NCBI GenBank assembly: GCA_964291405.2
Contig: OZ219926.1
Span: 2,432,001 to 2,496,000, forward strand
Direction of reading: 5' to 3'
DNA: 64,000 bases
Source: Thermodesulfobacteriota bacterium
Lineage (GTDB): Bacteria > Desulfobacterota > Binatia > Bin18
Within the stretch, counting starts at the first letter, position 1, and each line of letters starts with the position of its first letter. Positions 53,812 to 63,777 of this stretch are shown here, piece by piece. Made by a program: the position numbers and the translations under genes. The notes under the pieces were generated by a model. It had not been told where the DNA came from. It worked only from the letters and a program-made list of their open reading frames with translations, and made no database searches.

Positions 53812-54388
53812 TCCTCACCTCTTGAACCAGTTGTTCCACGAGTCGGTAGTTATCACCTCTCGTCACGCTTTTTTGGATCAGTTCGGTCGCAATCGCTACG
53901 GCCTGTGTTGCGACTTCTTGTCGAAGGAGACGCCGTGCCTCCTCAACCTCACGTTGGGCAATAAGTTGTGCCTCAGTCTTCGCCCTCTCTGCCATCTGTT
54001 GGGCCTCTTCCATCAGGCGCTGGCGCTCGCGTTCGGCTGCCTCAACGGCCTGACTCCGTAATTCTTCTTCCTCGGCGGCGAGGTTGGCCAGCCTGGTATC
54101 ATACTCTTGGCGCAGTGTATCGGCTTCCTCCTTGGCCCTTTTTGCTTCCTCAAGCGCTTGAACGACAGTCTCGTGGCGCTCTTTGAGCTTGCGGCGAATA
54201 AGGTCTCGGGTGAATCTCCGGATGACAAAGGCAAAAATAAGAAAATTAATGGCAAAAAAGCCTAAAGTGAGGAGAGAAGAGCCACCCCCATGCGCGTCAC
54301 TTGCGGCCCACGACAGGTCGGAACAGGAAAGAGAGAGAAAAAGGCTGCTGAGGGTGAAACCTAGGAGGGGAAGTATACGTTGTACCAT
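53789..54388 (-). CDS. atpF: ATP synthase subunit b
   Basis: INFLIF TM segment plus coiled coil; position. Confidence 0.85.
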   Translation of the reverse strand: MVQRILPLLGFTLSSLFLSLSCSDLSWAASDAHGGGSSLLTLGFFAINFLIFAFVIRRFTRDLIRRKLKERHETVVQALEEAKRAKEEADTLRQEYDTRLANLAAEEEELRSQAVEAAERERQRLMEEAQQMAERAKTEAQLIAQREVEEARRLLRQEVATQAVAIATELIQKSVTRGDNYRLVEQLVQEVRSAENTGS

Positions 54389-54389
54389 A

Positions 54390-54824
54390 CTAGGAGAGGG
54401 GTCTTTCCAAGAGTTTTTCGCTTATTTCATCGGCAAATTGACCAACCTGCGCTTCAAGGCTTTGGCGGGTGCGCTGTATATCCTCAGAGAGGCTGGCTCG
54501 GACGTTGGCAATGGATTGTTCGGCTTCTTTCCGTGCTGCCTCAACCACTGAACGCGCTTGGTCTTCCGCGTCTTTATAGATAGCGTCGACACGCTGCCGT
54601 GCTTCTGCCCGGGAGGTGGCGAGTCGGGTTTGATACTGTTTGTCCATGGCTTGGGCTTCTGCCTTAACCGTCACCGCTTCTCGCATTGCCCCCTCCGTCC
54701 GCTGTGCCCGCGTTTTGAGTACCGCAAGGTTGGGTTCGAACAGAAAACGGCGTAAACAGACCCAAACAATAAGAAAAAGAATGATTTGGGCTATAAAGGT
54801 CCAGTCTGGCGGGAAAGAAAGCAC
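54390..54824 (-). CDS. ATP synthase subunit b'
   Basis: QIILFL..LRRFLFEP TM plus coiled coil; tandem with atpF. Confidence 0.85.
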   Translation of the reverse strand: MLSFPPDWTFIAQIILFLIVWVCLRRFLFEPNLAVLKTRAQRTEGAMREAVTVKAEAQAMDKQYQTRLATSRAEARQRVDAIYKDAEDQARSVVEAARKEAEQSIANVRASLSEDIQRTRQSLEAQVGQFADEISEKLLERPLS

Positions 54825-54916
54825 TAAAAAAGGTCTCCTATCAATAGAAATTCAAAGTCAAAACTGGATCAAATGCCATGTAGAGGAACAATAGGGATTT
54901 TGCGCTCCTTTTCTTT

Positions 54917-55804
54917 TCATCCTTTTAAGCGCTGTACAAGCCCCTCTAGCTCGTCATTGGAATAATATTCAATTTCTATCTTTCCCCCCTTTTTCCGAGA
55001 AACGAGTCTCACCTTGGTTCCCAGGGCACGGGTCAGGTCTTCTTCAACCGCCTTCAGGTAAACATCCGTCCTTTGGATAACCGTCGGTTTCTCCGGAGCG
55101 GACGACTCAACCGATGGCTCCTCGATAATATTGGACTGTGAGACAAGGGTTTCTGTCGCGCGTACAGAAAGACCATCTGCCATAATACGCCGGGACATTT
55201 CCAGTTGCTGCTCTGGCATATTCAACGCGAGCAGGGCGCGCGCATGGCCCACCGTGAGGGTCCCTTTGTCGACGTTTTCTTTTATTTCCTCAGGAAGATT
55301 CAAAACGCGCAGAAGATTGGTCACGACAGGGCGGCTTTTGCCAACGCGCTGCGCAACCTGCTCTTGAGTGAGATGAAACTCCTCCATAAGCTGCCGGTAG
55401 GCAAGAGCCTCTTCTATAGGGGTGAGTTCCTCGCGCTGAATATTTTCGACCAGCGCCATTTCGAGACTTTCTGCGTCGCTGACCTCCTTAACGATGACTG
55501 GAACACGTTCCAACTGGGCATGCTGTGCTGCACGAAATCGTCTTTCCCCAAGGATTAACTCATATCCCTGCGGTATTTTTCTGACCACCAGCGGTTGCAA
55601 AATGCCTTGGTTGCGGATGGATTCCGAAAGCTCCGCAATCTTCGCTTCATTAAAATAGCGTCGCGGCTGTCTGGGATTCGGTCGGATTTCGGAAATGGGA
55701 ACCTGACGCTCGGCTGGAGTATCGAGTGATGTCCCCTTGGGAATCAGTGCACCCAAACCCCTGCCAAGGGGACGCCTTTTTACGTGTACGGCAACGTCAC
55801 TCAT
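54917..55804 (-). CDS. parB: Chromosome partitioning protein ParB
   Basis: LGRGLGAL, PNPRQPR, GERRFRA, ENIQRE, HTH. Confidence 0.96.
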   Translation of the reverse strand: MSDVAVHVKRRPLGRGLGALIPKGTSLDTPAERQVPISEIRPNPRQPRRYFNEAKIAELSESIRNQGILQPLVVRKIPQGYELILGERRFRAAQHAQLERVPVIVKEVSDAESLEMALVENIQREELTPIEEALAYRQLMEEFHLTQEQVAQRVGKSRPVVTNLLRVLNLPEEIKENVDKGTLTVGHARALLALNMPEQQLEMSRRIMADGLSVRATETLVSQSNIIEEPSVESSAPEKPTVIQRTDVYLKAVEEDLTRALGTKVRLVSRKKGGKIEIEYYSNDELEGLVQRLKG

Positions 55805-56682
55805 CCTTCACCACCCTCTTCCTCTCCCAGTGAGCGAACGCTCATTGTTGTGTGAGTATCTGGTGTTGCTGCAACCGTTGTTGTGGAACCAAAATCTCTC
55901 TCCGCACGAATCCACTCTTCGGGCTCTCGCCTGAGCATCTCCTGAGCAAGGTCCATATAACTCTTCGCACCACGGCAAGATGGATCGTACAAGAGAATAG
56001 GAAGACCGTGGCTGGGACTCTCACTTAACCGGACATTGCGGGGGATAACAGACTCAAAGACGTATTGAGGAAAGAATTCCCGGATTTCTTCGGCGACTTG
56101 GTGGCAGAGCCGATTGCGCGCGTCGAACATTGTCAGCAGGAGACCTTCGATGGCAAGGTCCGGATTGAGTCTCTCACGAATGATGTCGAGTGTCTCTATC
56201 AGTGACCGTAGCCCCTCAAGGGCGTAGTACTCACACTGGAGAGGTATGAGGACGCTATCTGCCGCGGTCAGAGAATTCACAGTGAGGAGGCCGAGCGAGG
56301 GTGGACAATCGAGAAAAATATAGCGATAGGCAGAGCCATATTGCCGAATAAGGGTCCGCAGGCGATATTCTCTGTCTTCGATGTTGAGGAGTTCAACTTC
56401 CGCTCCTATCAGGTCATGATTGGCGGGAAGAACGTCAAGTTTTTCAATGGCTGTCTTCTGAACCACTTCCTGGAGCGTACACTCCCCGAGGAGGAGCTGA
56501 TAAACGGTCGCCGCATTCTCGTCAGGACGAGCACCTACACCACTGGAAGCATTCCCTTGAGGATCACAGTCAATAAGGAGGGTTTTTGCTCCAGATATAC
56601 CTATGGCAGCCGAAAGGTTGATAGCAGTCGTGGTCTTCCCAACCCCACCCTTCCGATTCGCTATACAAATGGTCCTGGCCAC
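55801..56682 (-). CDS. parA: Chromosome partitioning ATPase ParA/Soj
   Basis: KGGVGKTT, DCDPQGNA, DCPPSLG, IPRNVRLSESPSHG. Confidence 0.96.
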   Translation of the reverse strand: MARTICIANRKGGVGKTTTAINLSAAIGISGAKTLLIDCDPQGNASSGVGARPDENAATVYQLLLGECTLQEVVQKTAIEKLDVLPANHDLIGAEVELLNIEDREYRLRTLIRQYGSAYRYIFLDCPPSLGLLTVNSLTAADSVLIPLQCEYYALEGLRSLIETLDIIRERLNPDLAIEGLLLTMFDARNRLCHQVAEEIREFFPQYVFESVIPRNVRLSESPSHGLPILLYDPSCRGAKSYMDLAQEMLRREPEEWIRAERDFGSTTTVAATPDTHTTMSVRSLGEEEGGEG

Positions 56683-56768
56683 AAGGCTCAGTAGCACATT
56701 CCCGGAAACAAGGGAAGATTATAGAGAATGTCGTGTATCTTCTGTTGGTTGGGGAAGGATCTGAGCCA

Positions 56769-56809
56769 TGTGTCACGTGAAACATGACGGAAATGTGTCA
56801 CGTGAAACA
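56769..56809. promoter_or_regulatory. Two parS sites
   Basis: TGTGTCACGTGAAACA at 56769-56784 and 56794-56809, each one mismatch from TGTTTCACGTGAAACA. Confidence 0.88.
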
Positions 56810-57466
56810 TTTCTTTCTGAAAAAAAGAGCATATCTGTCTCCTTCACCAAAGGGGAGTTGGTATTTATCTACGGTCTCCTGTACGAAGCCGTCATGAGGG
56901 GAGTGATCTTCTCCTGCGGTTCCGCCGCCTTTCTTGTGGGGACCTCGCATTGCTACCGCATAGCCCCCTTTTTTCACAATCGGAAGGCAGAGGGTCAGGA
57001 AGTGAGCCATATCCCAGGTCGCCCGTGTGACAACAGTATCGAACCAAGCGGGCCTCCTATCCTGTAGAGCGAACTCTTCGGCTCTCCCTTCAAACACGCG
57101 TATATTCTCTACGCCCGTCATTCTGACTACCTGTCTCAGAAAGTTTGCTCTTTTTCTTCGGGCCTCGATGAGAAAAATCTCTCTTTTCTGCCCGGCTACG
57201 CCAAGTACCAATCCTGGAAACCCGGCTCCACTCCCAAGGTCGGCAAAAACACCCTGCCCCGGAAGAATGTACGAAAAGGCAAGAGAGTCAAGAATATGCT
57301 TTCGAATAATTGTTTTTACATCAGGCTGGCCGACGAGATTGAAGACCTGAGCCCAGCGCTGAAGTTCATCTATGTACAGGGATAGAGTGTGGAACGACTG
57401 TGGAGCAAGCGATATTCGTAACGCCCTCGTGCCCTGCTCTAAGAGAGAAAGGCTCTCTTTATCCAT
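56798..57466 (-). CDS. rsmG: 16S rRNA m7G527 methyltransferase
   Basis: KHILDSL, DLGSGAGFPGL, VTRA; follows mnmG. Confidence 0.92.
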   Translation of the reverse strand: MDKESLSLLEQGTRALRISLAPQSFHTLSLYIDELQRWAQVFNLVGQPDVKTIIRKHILDSLAFSYILPGQGVFADLGSGAGFPGLVLGVAGQKREIFLIEARRKRANFLRQVVRMTGVENIRVFEGRAEEFALQDRRPAWFDTVVTRATWDMAHFLTLCLPIVKKGGYAVAMRGPHKKGGGTAGEDHSPHDGFVQETVDKYQLPFGEGDRYALFFRKKCFT

Positions 57467-59385
57467 TACACGGCGGCTCCCGTGCGTTTCAGGTGAATGG
57501 CCAGTAACGATACGGCTGCGGGCGTTACCCCGGGGATACGCGACGCTTGACCCAGCGAGCGGGGGCGCAAGGTCAGGAGTTTTTCTTTGACTTCGTTTGA
57601 GAGACCTTGGACATCCGTGTAATCAATCTCATTCGGAATAAGGGCCTCTTCCATATGCCGGACCCTGTTTACTCCCTCTTCCTGACGGCGTATGTAGCCA
57701 GAATACTTTACTTCTATCTCCACCTCGGCCCCAACTCCTGTGGAGAGGGGAGTGGGTGACAGGCTGATGGACTGGACATCTCCGAAGGACAGTTCAGGGC
57801 GGCGAAGCAATTTTGCAAGCGATGTCGGCGTTTTAATCTCTGCCGTACCTAAAGCCGATAATTGGGTATTCACTGTGTCGTTTGGGGTTAGTATAGTGTC
57901 CTCTAGACGTTGAACCTCCTGTGCAATTTCTTCTTTTTTCCTCAGCGTCCGCTCGGCCAATCTTCCATCTATGAGTCCGATTCTCCGTCCGAATTCGCTC
58001 AGCCTCACATCTGCATTGTCTTCCCTGAGTAACAGCCGATGCTCAGCACGAGAAGTAAACATCCGGTAGGGCTCTCCTCCTACTCCTTTCGTGACCAAAT
58101 CGTCTATAAGAACGCCAATATAGGCTTGATCTCGGGAAAAAATGAGGGGGTTATCACCTTGAACCTTCATTGTGGCGTTAATTCCGGCCATTATTCCTTG
58201 TGCCGCAGCCTCCTCATAGCCCGTTGTCCCGTTAATCTGACCGGCGAAGTAGAGGCCCGATACCAGCTTGGTTTCCAAAGTCTGCGTGAGTTGGGTCGGG
58301 TCGGCATAGTCATATTCAATGGCATAGCCGGGGCGCATGATCTCTGCATCCTCTAACCCTTGTATTGAACGGACCACGGCGAGCTGCACATCCAGTGGCA
58401 GACTTGTCGAAAGGCCATTTGGATAGACTTCGACTGTATCTCGCCCTTCTGGTTCGAGAAAAATCTGGTGACGAGGTTTCTCCTTAAAACGAATGACTTT
58501 ATCCTCAATCGATGGACAATAACGCGGCCCTCTGCCTTCAATCACACCGGAATACAGGGGTGAGCGGTCAAGTCCTGCGGCAATGGTCTGGTGCGTTTTC
58601 TCATTCGTATACGTCATATGACACGGCAATTGTTCCTGGGTGATTGCCTCCGTTGAAAAGGATAAGGCCGGTGGAGGGGTATCCCCGTACTGTGGCTCCA
58701 AAATGTCATAATTGATCGTTCGATTGTCCAAGCGCGGACAGGTGCCGGTTTTGAGCCGACCAATATGAAAACCAAGTTCGCTCAGATGGCTGCTTAATCC
58801 TTCAACGGCAAAGTCCCCCGCTCGTCCTGCTGCGTAATTTTTAAGGCCAACGTGTATGAGACCCTTGAGAAAGGTTCCGGTCGTCAGAATAACGGTCTGT
58901 GCTGAGAAGGACTCACCTATCTGAGTGATCACTCCTCTGACTCTGCTGTTCTGAAGAGGAAACGTGTCCAGCATATCATGTCTATTGGAGGAAACGTTTC
59001 CTCTTTCAACCCTGAGGCGTTCCACACTGCCCTGGCGCAGGGTGAGATTGGGCGTGGTTTCAACCACTCTCTTCATACGCTGCCGATAGAGGGCCTTGTC
59101 CGCTTGCGCACGCGTCGCGCGAACGGCCGGCCCTTTGCGTGTGTTCAAGACACGGAACTGAATGCCTGTCTCATCAATGGCGCGGGCCATTTCCCCACCA
59201 AGCGCATCAATCTCCCGCACCAAATGGCTTTTGCCCATCCCTCCAATAGCCGGATTGCATGACATCTGACCGATGTGATCAAGGTTCAGCGTCAGCATCA
59301 GAGTCTTACTGCCAAGACGTGCCGCCGCCAGAGCCGCCTCGATCCCGGCATGGCCAGCGCCAACAACGATAACATCATAGTCCAT
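57466..59385 (-). CDS. mnmG: tRNA modification enzyme MnmG/GidA with 18-aa repeat-derived insertion
   Basis: [41 protein letters not shown]. Confidence 0.97.
   Translation of the reverse strand: MDYDVIVVGAGHAGIEAALAAARLGSKTLMLTLNLDHIGQMSCNPAIGGMGKSHLVREIDALGGEMARAIDETGIQFRVLNTRKGPAVRATRAQADKALYRQRMKRVVETTPNLTLRQGSVERLRVERGNVSSNRHDMLDTFPLQNSRVRGVITQIGESFSAQTVILTTGTFLKGLIHVGLKNYAAGRAGDFAVEGLSSHLSELGFHIGRLKTGTCPRLDNRTINYDILEPQYGDTPPPALSFSTEAITQEQLPCHMTYTNEKTHQTIAAGLDRSPLYSGVIEGRGPRYCPSIEDKVIRFKEKPRHQIFLEPEGRDTVEVYPNGLSTSLPLDVQLAVVRSIQGLEDAEIMRPGYAIEYDYADPTQLTQTLETKLVSGLYFAGQINGTTGYEEAAAQGIMAGINATMKVQGDNPLIFSRDQAYIGVLIDDLVTKGVGGEPYRMFTSRAEHRLLLREDNADVRLSEFGRRIGLIDGRLAERTLRKKEEIAQEVQRLEDTILTPNDTVNTQLSALGTAEIKTPTSLAKLLRRPELSFGDVQSISLSPTPLSTGVGAEVEIEVKYSGYIRRQEEGVNRVRHMEEALIPNEIDYTDVQGLSNEVKEKLLTLRPRSLGQASRIPGVTPAAVSLLAIHLKRTGAAV
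58953..59006. repeat. Palindromic element copy 9, in frame within mnmG
   Basis: GAAGAGGAAACGTGTCC-AGCATATCATGTCTATTGGA-GGAAACGTTTCCTCTTT (54 nt). Confidence 0.95.
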
Positions 59386-59395
59386 GGGTCTTCAC

Positions 59396-60847
59396 CTATT
59401 TCCCGATACAGAAATCTTGAAACACGCGGTCGAGTATCTCCTCGCTGCTGACCTGGCCCGTTATTGCGCCAATATGGTCAAGGCTTGCGCGAAGATCAAC
59501 AGCGATCAGGTCAAGGGGGAGGCCTGCCGCCAACCCCTGCTCTGCACCCTTTAGGCTTTCCACAGCTTTTTCAAGGGCAACTTTATGCCGTATTTTCGTA
59601 ATCATAACACCCCTATACGGACCTTCGCCTTCCCCTCCAGGTTGCTGCTTCCCCAGAGCGACCTCTTGTATTCTGTCTCCCAAGTCGTCAACCCCAGTCC
59701 CGTACAGCGCAGCCATGTGAAGAAGAGGAAACGTGTCAATAGCCTTGTATGATTTGGAGGGCACGCTTCCTCTTTGAGGCGCTTCAGTATCCAGACGGTC
59801 TAACAGATCGGTCACATCAAATTTCTGAGGGAGATCACTCTTATTCCCCACCAGGACAAACTTCTTTCCTTGAATCTTTTCACAGATGAGAGCGTCATCC
59901 GCATCGAACGGTCGGGAGAGGTCGAAAAGTGCTAAAATAATCTCTGCTTGTTCAATGCTGGACAGGCTGCGCTCAATGCCGATCTTCTCAATCTCATCCG
60001 TTGTCCGACGAATCCCAGCGGTGTCCCGCACGACGAGGGGAATCTCGTTCACGAGCACGGATTCCTCGAGCACATCTCGTGTCGTCCCAGGGACCTGGGT
60101 GACAATGGCTCGCTCTGTGTCTGCCAGCAGGTTGAGCAGGCTCGACTTACCGACATTCGGCTTCCCAATAATAGCGGTCACGATCCCGTCGCGATAGACT
60201 TTTCCTTGGGAGAAGGTCGCTGCGAGGGCCTCTATATCGATCCGAATTGAAGAGAAAGCTGAGCTGAGCTCCTTTTGGTTGTGTTCAGGGATATCGTCTT
60301 CAGGGAAATCGATAAACGCTTCCAGGTAGGCCGTCTGGGTAATGAGGCGGTCCCGAATGGCCGAGCACGCCTGGGAGAGTCGGCCTGATAAATCCCTCCA
60401 GGCAAGATGTAAGCCCGTCTCATTATTCGCGTGAATGAGGTCGAGTACAGCCTCAGCCTGTATGAGATCGAGGCGACCGTTGAGAAATGCACGTTTTGTA
60501 AACTCACCTGGCTGGGCGGGACGAGCCCCCTGATTGAGGATCGCTTCCAATATCCGACGAGTCAGGAAACTGCCGCCATGGAGATGTAGCTCAGCGATGT
60601 GTTCCCCAGTATAGCTGTGAGGGGAGCGCATCAGGATCAGGCCGGCGTGGTCAATTGGCTGGCCGTTCGGCTGATCCAGAATCTTGCCAAGATAGAAATG
60701 GTGGGAATGGAGTTTTTCCCAAGACGGCCGGGGGAGAAAAAGCTGTCTAACTATTCTTTCTGCGTCCGCGCCACTGACTCGGATAACGGCGATCCCGCCC
60801 TGGCCTGAGGGAGTCGCAATAGCAGCAATCGTATCATGCTCGTACAC
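59396..60847 (-). CDS. mnmE: tRNA modification GTPase MnmE with 18-aa repeat-derived insertion
   Basis: DTIAAIATP, GKPNVGKSS, GTTRD, DTAG, NKSD, FCIGK. Confidence 0.97.
   Translation of the reverse strand: MYEHDTIAAIATPSGQGGIAVIRVSGADAERIVRQLFLPRPSWEKLHSHHFYLGKILDQPNGQPIDHAGLILMRSPHSYTGEHIAELHLHGGSFLTRRILEAILNQGARPAQPGEFTKRAFLNGRLDLIQAEAVLDLIHANNETGLHLAWRDLSGRLSQACSAIRDRLITQTAYLEAFIDFPEDDIPEHNQKELSSAFSSIRIDIEALAATFSQGKVYRDGIVTAIIGKPNVGKSSLLNLLADTERAIVTQVPGTTRDVLEESVLVNEIPLVVRDTAGIRRTTDEIEKIGIERSLSSIEQAEIILALFDLSRPFDADDALICEKIQGKKFVLVGNKSDLPQKFDVTDLLDRLDTEAPQRGSVPSKSYKAIDTFPLLHMAALYGTGVDDLGDRIQEVALGKQQPGGEGEGPYRGVMITKIRHKVALEKAVESLKGAEQGLAAGLPLDLIAVDLRASLDHIGAITGQVSSEEILDRVFQDFCIGK
59722..59775. 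repeat. Palindromic element copy 10, in frame within mnmE
   Basis: GAAGAGGAAACGTGTC-AATAGCCTTGTATGATTTGGAG-GGCACGCTTCCTCTTT (54 nt). Confidence 0.93.
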
Positions 60848-60855
60848 AACTCTTC

Positions 60856-60908
60856 AAAGAGTAAACATGTCCTCCAATAGATACAAGTTGTTGACACGTT
60901 TACTCTTT
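60856..60908. repeat. Palindromic element copy 11 (jag-mnmE intergenic)
   Basis: AAAGAGTAAACATGTC-CTCCAATAGATACAAGTTGTT-GACACGTTTACTCTTT. Confidence 0.95.
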
Positions 60909-60918
60909 ATGCCACGGG

Positions 60919-61713
60919 TCACGAGCGAGCCGCCCGCCGGTCTCGATCCCGACGAGGACTGCCGGTTTCCTCAGGAACAATAGAGAGACGACGGAAATAC
61001 CCACGCCCCATGCTTTTTGTCACAACAAGCGGGTCGTCTTCGAGCACCAAATGGACGACACGACGGTCTCGAGGACTCAGCGGATTCAGGGTAACCGTTT
61101 TTCGTCGCCGCTTCGCCCGCTCGCTCAAACGAAGGGCCAAGCTTTCAAGACTCTGGCGGCGACGTTCACGATAGCCCTCGGCGTCCAAGATGATATGCGC
61201 CTCTTCCTCTTCTCCACGGGCGACCATGCGGTTGAGAAGATATTCGAGGGCATCAAGCGTTTGCCCCTTCCGTCCAATGAGTAAGCCATCGACGGTATCT
61301 TCAAGATTAATAACGGCTTCTGTCCCTTGGACGTCGAGTGAGACGGGGGCCTCTACACCCATAAGACGTAGGGTTTCTGAGAGTATCTGACGGGCATTTT
61401 CTCTTGTCTCCTTGGAAACGGGAACGGGCTGGACGACTGATTCTCCAGAAGGAGCACGACGTCGCGCTGTTCTCCCTCTCTCCTGAGGAGATTCATCAAT
61501 ACTGGCCGGAGCCGCAGATGCAGGCTCCTGAACCGAAACAGGATTTCTCAACGTCGCTCGGACGCGCGCCTTCCTCCCGCCAATACCGAGGAAACCCTTT
61601 GTAGCCTGAGCGAGGACTTCTATTTCCACCTGCTCTCTGTCTGCTTGGAGTTGGGTTAGGGCTGCTGCAACCGCCGCTTCTATAGTCGATCCTTCCGCTT
61701 CAATTGCACTCAT
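60919..61713 (-). CDS. jag: Jag/EloR (KhpB) RNA-binding protein
   Basis: Jag_N GFLGIG, KH LIGRKGQTLDALEYL, R3H RRVVH. Confidence 0.92.
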   Translation of the reverse strand: MSAIEAEGSTIEAAVAAALTQLQADREQVEIEVLAQATKGFLGIGGRKARVRATLRNPVSVQEPASAAPASIDESPQERGRTARRRAPSGESVVQPVPVSKETRENARQILSETLRLMGVEAPVSLDVQGTEAVINLEDTVDGLLIGRKGQTLDALEYLLNRMVARGEEEEAHIILDAEGYRERRRQSLESLALRLSERAKRRRKTVTLNPLSPRDRRVVHLVLEDDPLVVTKSMGRGYFRRLSIVPEETGSPRRDRDRRAARS

Positions 61714-61731
61714 TGTGTCTTTCCTCTTTGA

Positions 61732-61785
61732 AAAGAGTAAACGCGTCCTCCAATAACATGCAGATGCTGGACACGTTTACTCTTT
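61732..61785. repeat. Palindromic element copy 12 (yidC-jag intergenic, abuts yidC stop)
   Basis: AAAGAGTAAACGCGTCC-TCCAATAACATGCAGATGCT-GGACACGTTTACTCTTT. Confidence 0.95.
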
Positions 61786-63471
61786 TTATCCATATGTTCT
61801 CGTATACCAGTGCTGCTGGGCGACACTCAGGACATTATTGATAAGCCAGTACAGCACCAGTCCGGCTGGAAAATTAATGAACATCACCGTAAAGATGACC
61901 GGCATGAGGAGCATCATCTTCTGCTGGATCGGATCTCCGGTGGTTGGCATCATCATCTGCTGGATGATCATCGACCCCCCCATAAGTAAGGTCAGCACCG
62001 GGATACCTGGAGGATCAACGAAAGGAATGGCAAGCGCGCCCAAGCGGTCTGGCTGAGACAGGTCTTCAATCCAGCCGAAAAATGGAGCTTGTCTCAATTC
62101 AATGGCGTACAAAAGCCCCTGATACAGGCCGATGAACACCGGGAGCTGTACAATCATGGGGAGACACCCACCGAGCGGATTCACTTCGTACCGCTTATAC
62201 AGTTCCATCATTTCCTGGTTCAGCTTTTGTCGGTCCTCCTTATATTGCTCACGGAGTCTTTCTATCTGCGGCTGGAGTTTCTTCATCGCTGACATGGACT
62301 TGAAGCTCTTATTACTGAGCGGGAAGAATACCAGTTTAACCAGGACAGTGAGTAAGATAATAGCAATGCCGTAGTTCCCGGTCACCCCATACAGGAGTCT
62401 CAGAAGAGAGACTAACGGCCGGGCAATAAAGTGGGACCAGCCAAAATCGATGGCCCGGTCAAAGGCCGGGTCAACCGCATTCAGGGCATCCGTATCCTTC
62501 GGACCAACATACAGGGTGTAGGAGACCGCCTCCCCGCTCCAGGGAGTCGAGAGGCGTGTTTCTAGGGTCTTGTCTTCATCACGAAAGAAGAGCTGGGCCG
62601 TTTCAATATCTCGAGGCATTATGCCGGCCAAGAAATAACTGTTTGTGAATCCTGCCCAACGAACATCCCCCGGCCCGTATGAGTCTCCGGCTTCCCAATC
62701 CCAGGCGTTTTCATATTCAAAGGTCCGGCCCATCAGCGCAACCGGCCCGTAGACGTCATAATAGGTAGATTTCCCTTCTGAACGTGAGCCTTCGAGCCAG
62801 GATATAGAGAGGGTCGAAGCCTGAAAAGGAACCTGCGTGACATCGACGCTGAGACCTATGCCATACCCTTCGCCGGAAAAAGTAAAGGTTTTGGTAAAAG
62901 TTGCCCCATTCGCCAGCGACCCTCTAAACACGAGATCCTTATCAGATCCCGCCGGCACAAAGAGCCGTTCTCCTGCGGGGACCCCCTTCACGGTATACGG
63001 CAGTGTATCATCACTGAGAGTGATATCTTTGCCGCTCAGGCTCAGGACGAAGGGCAGCTCTCCATAGGTCCCGGCGATGACCATTTCCAATAGCGGACTG
63101 TCTGGACTAAGCGTCACCGGATACTGTTTGAGGCGGAAGCTTTTGATACGTCCGCCCACGGAAGTAAAAACAGCAATATACGTGTCTGTTTCAACTGTTA
63201 TGTCCTGTTCCACGGGAGCGGGGGAAACTCTTGAGGTGGGCTGGGGCATACCGGAAGTCTGTTCTTCTTGTTGTTCAACATCGGTCCGGCGGCGCTCCGA
63301 AAGGAGTTGGGGCTGTTGATCTGAAGGAGTGGCTGATTCCGAGTCGACCAATGGCTGTTGAGTCTGGGGCTGGAGAGGGTCAGGCGGTGGGTAAAGATAG
63401 GAGATCAGTGACTGATACCCGATAAGAATGAGGATACAGAGGACAATAGCGAGGAGACTCTTGTTATCCAT
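61786..63471 (-). CDS. yidC: Membrane protein insertase YidC
   Basis: NYGIAIILLT, NPLGGCLP, FPAGLVLYW. Confidence 0.96.
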   Translation of the reverse strand: MDNKSLLAIVLCILILIGYQSLISYLYPPPDPLQPQTQQPLVDSESATPSDQQPQLLSERRRTDVEQQEEQTSGMPQPTSRVSPAPVEQDITVETDTYIAVFTSVGGRIKSFRLKQYPVTLSPDSPLLEMVIAGTYGELPFVLSLSGKDITLSDDTLPYTVKGVPAGERLFVPAGSDKDLVFRGSLANGATFTKTFTFSGEGYGIGLSVDVTQVPFQASTLSISWLEGSRSEGKSTYYDVYGPVALMGRTFEYENAWDWEAGDSYGPGDVRWAGFTNSYFLAGIMPRDIETAQLFFRDEDKTLETRLSTPWSGEAVSYTLYVGPKDTDALNAVDPAFDRAIDFGWSHFIARPLVSLLRLLYGVTGNYGIAIILLTVLVKLVFFPLSNKSFKSMSAMKKLQPQIERLREQYKEDRQKLNQEMMELYKRYEVNPLGGCLPMIVQLPVFIGLYQGLLYAIELRQAPFFGWIEDLSQPDRLGALAIPFVDPPGIPVLTLLMGGSMIIQQMMMPTTGDPIQQKMMLLMPVIFTVMFINFPAGLVLYWLINNVLSVAQQHWYTRTYG

Positions 63472-63498
63472 AGAAACTTCAAATGCCCGCAAAATGAG

Positions 63499-63777
63499 TT
63501 AGGGGACGAGATCGACTCCGCCCGGATGCCATGGGTGGCATTTGGCGAGACGTCGAATCGTGAGAATCAGCCCCCTAAGCGTCCCATGCTTGCGTACGGC
63601 GTGCAGAGCGTACTGAGAGCAGCTGGGATAGAAGCGACAGGCCGGACCGATCAGCGGAGAGATGAAGAGGCGATAGCCCTTGAGTCCGCCCACAACTAAC
63701 AACTGGCCTAGACGAGAGACTGCTGTGACGCATGACGGGCCGGAAAAGTGAGAGATTTCACTGCGTGCGTTGAGCAA
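63499..63777 (-). CDS. yidD: Membrane protein insertion efficiency factor
   Basis: ISPLIGPACRFYPSCSQY, KCHPWHPGGVD; start uncertain. Confidence 0.92.
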   Translation of the reverse strand: MLNARSEISHFSGPSCVTAVSRLGQLLVVGGLKGYRLFISPLIGPACRFYPSCSQYALHAVRKHGTLRGLILTIRRLAKCHPWHPGGVDLVP

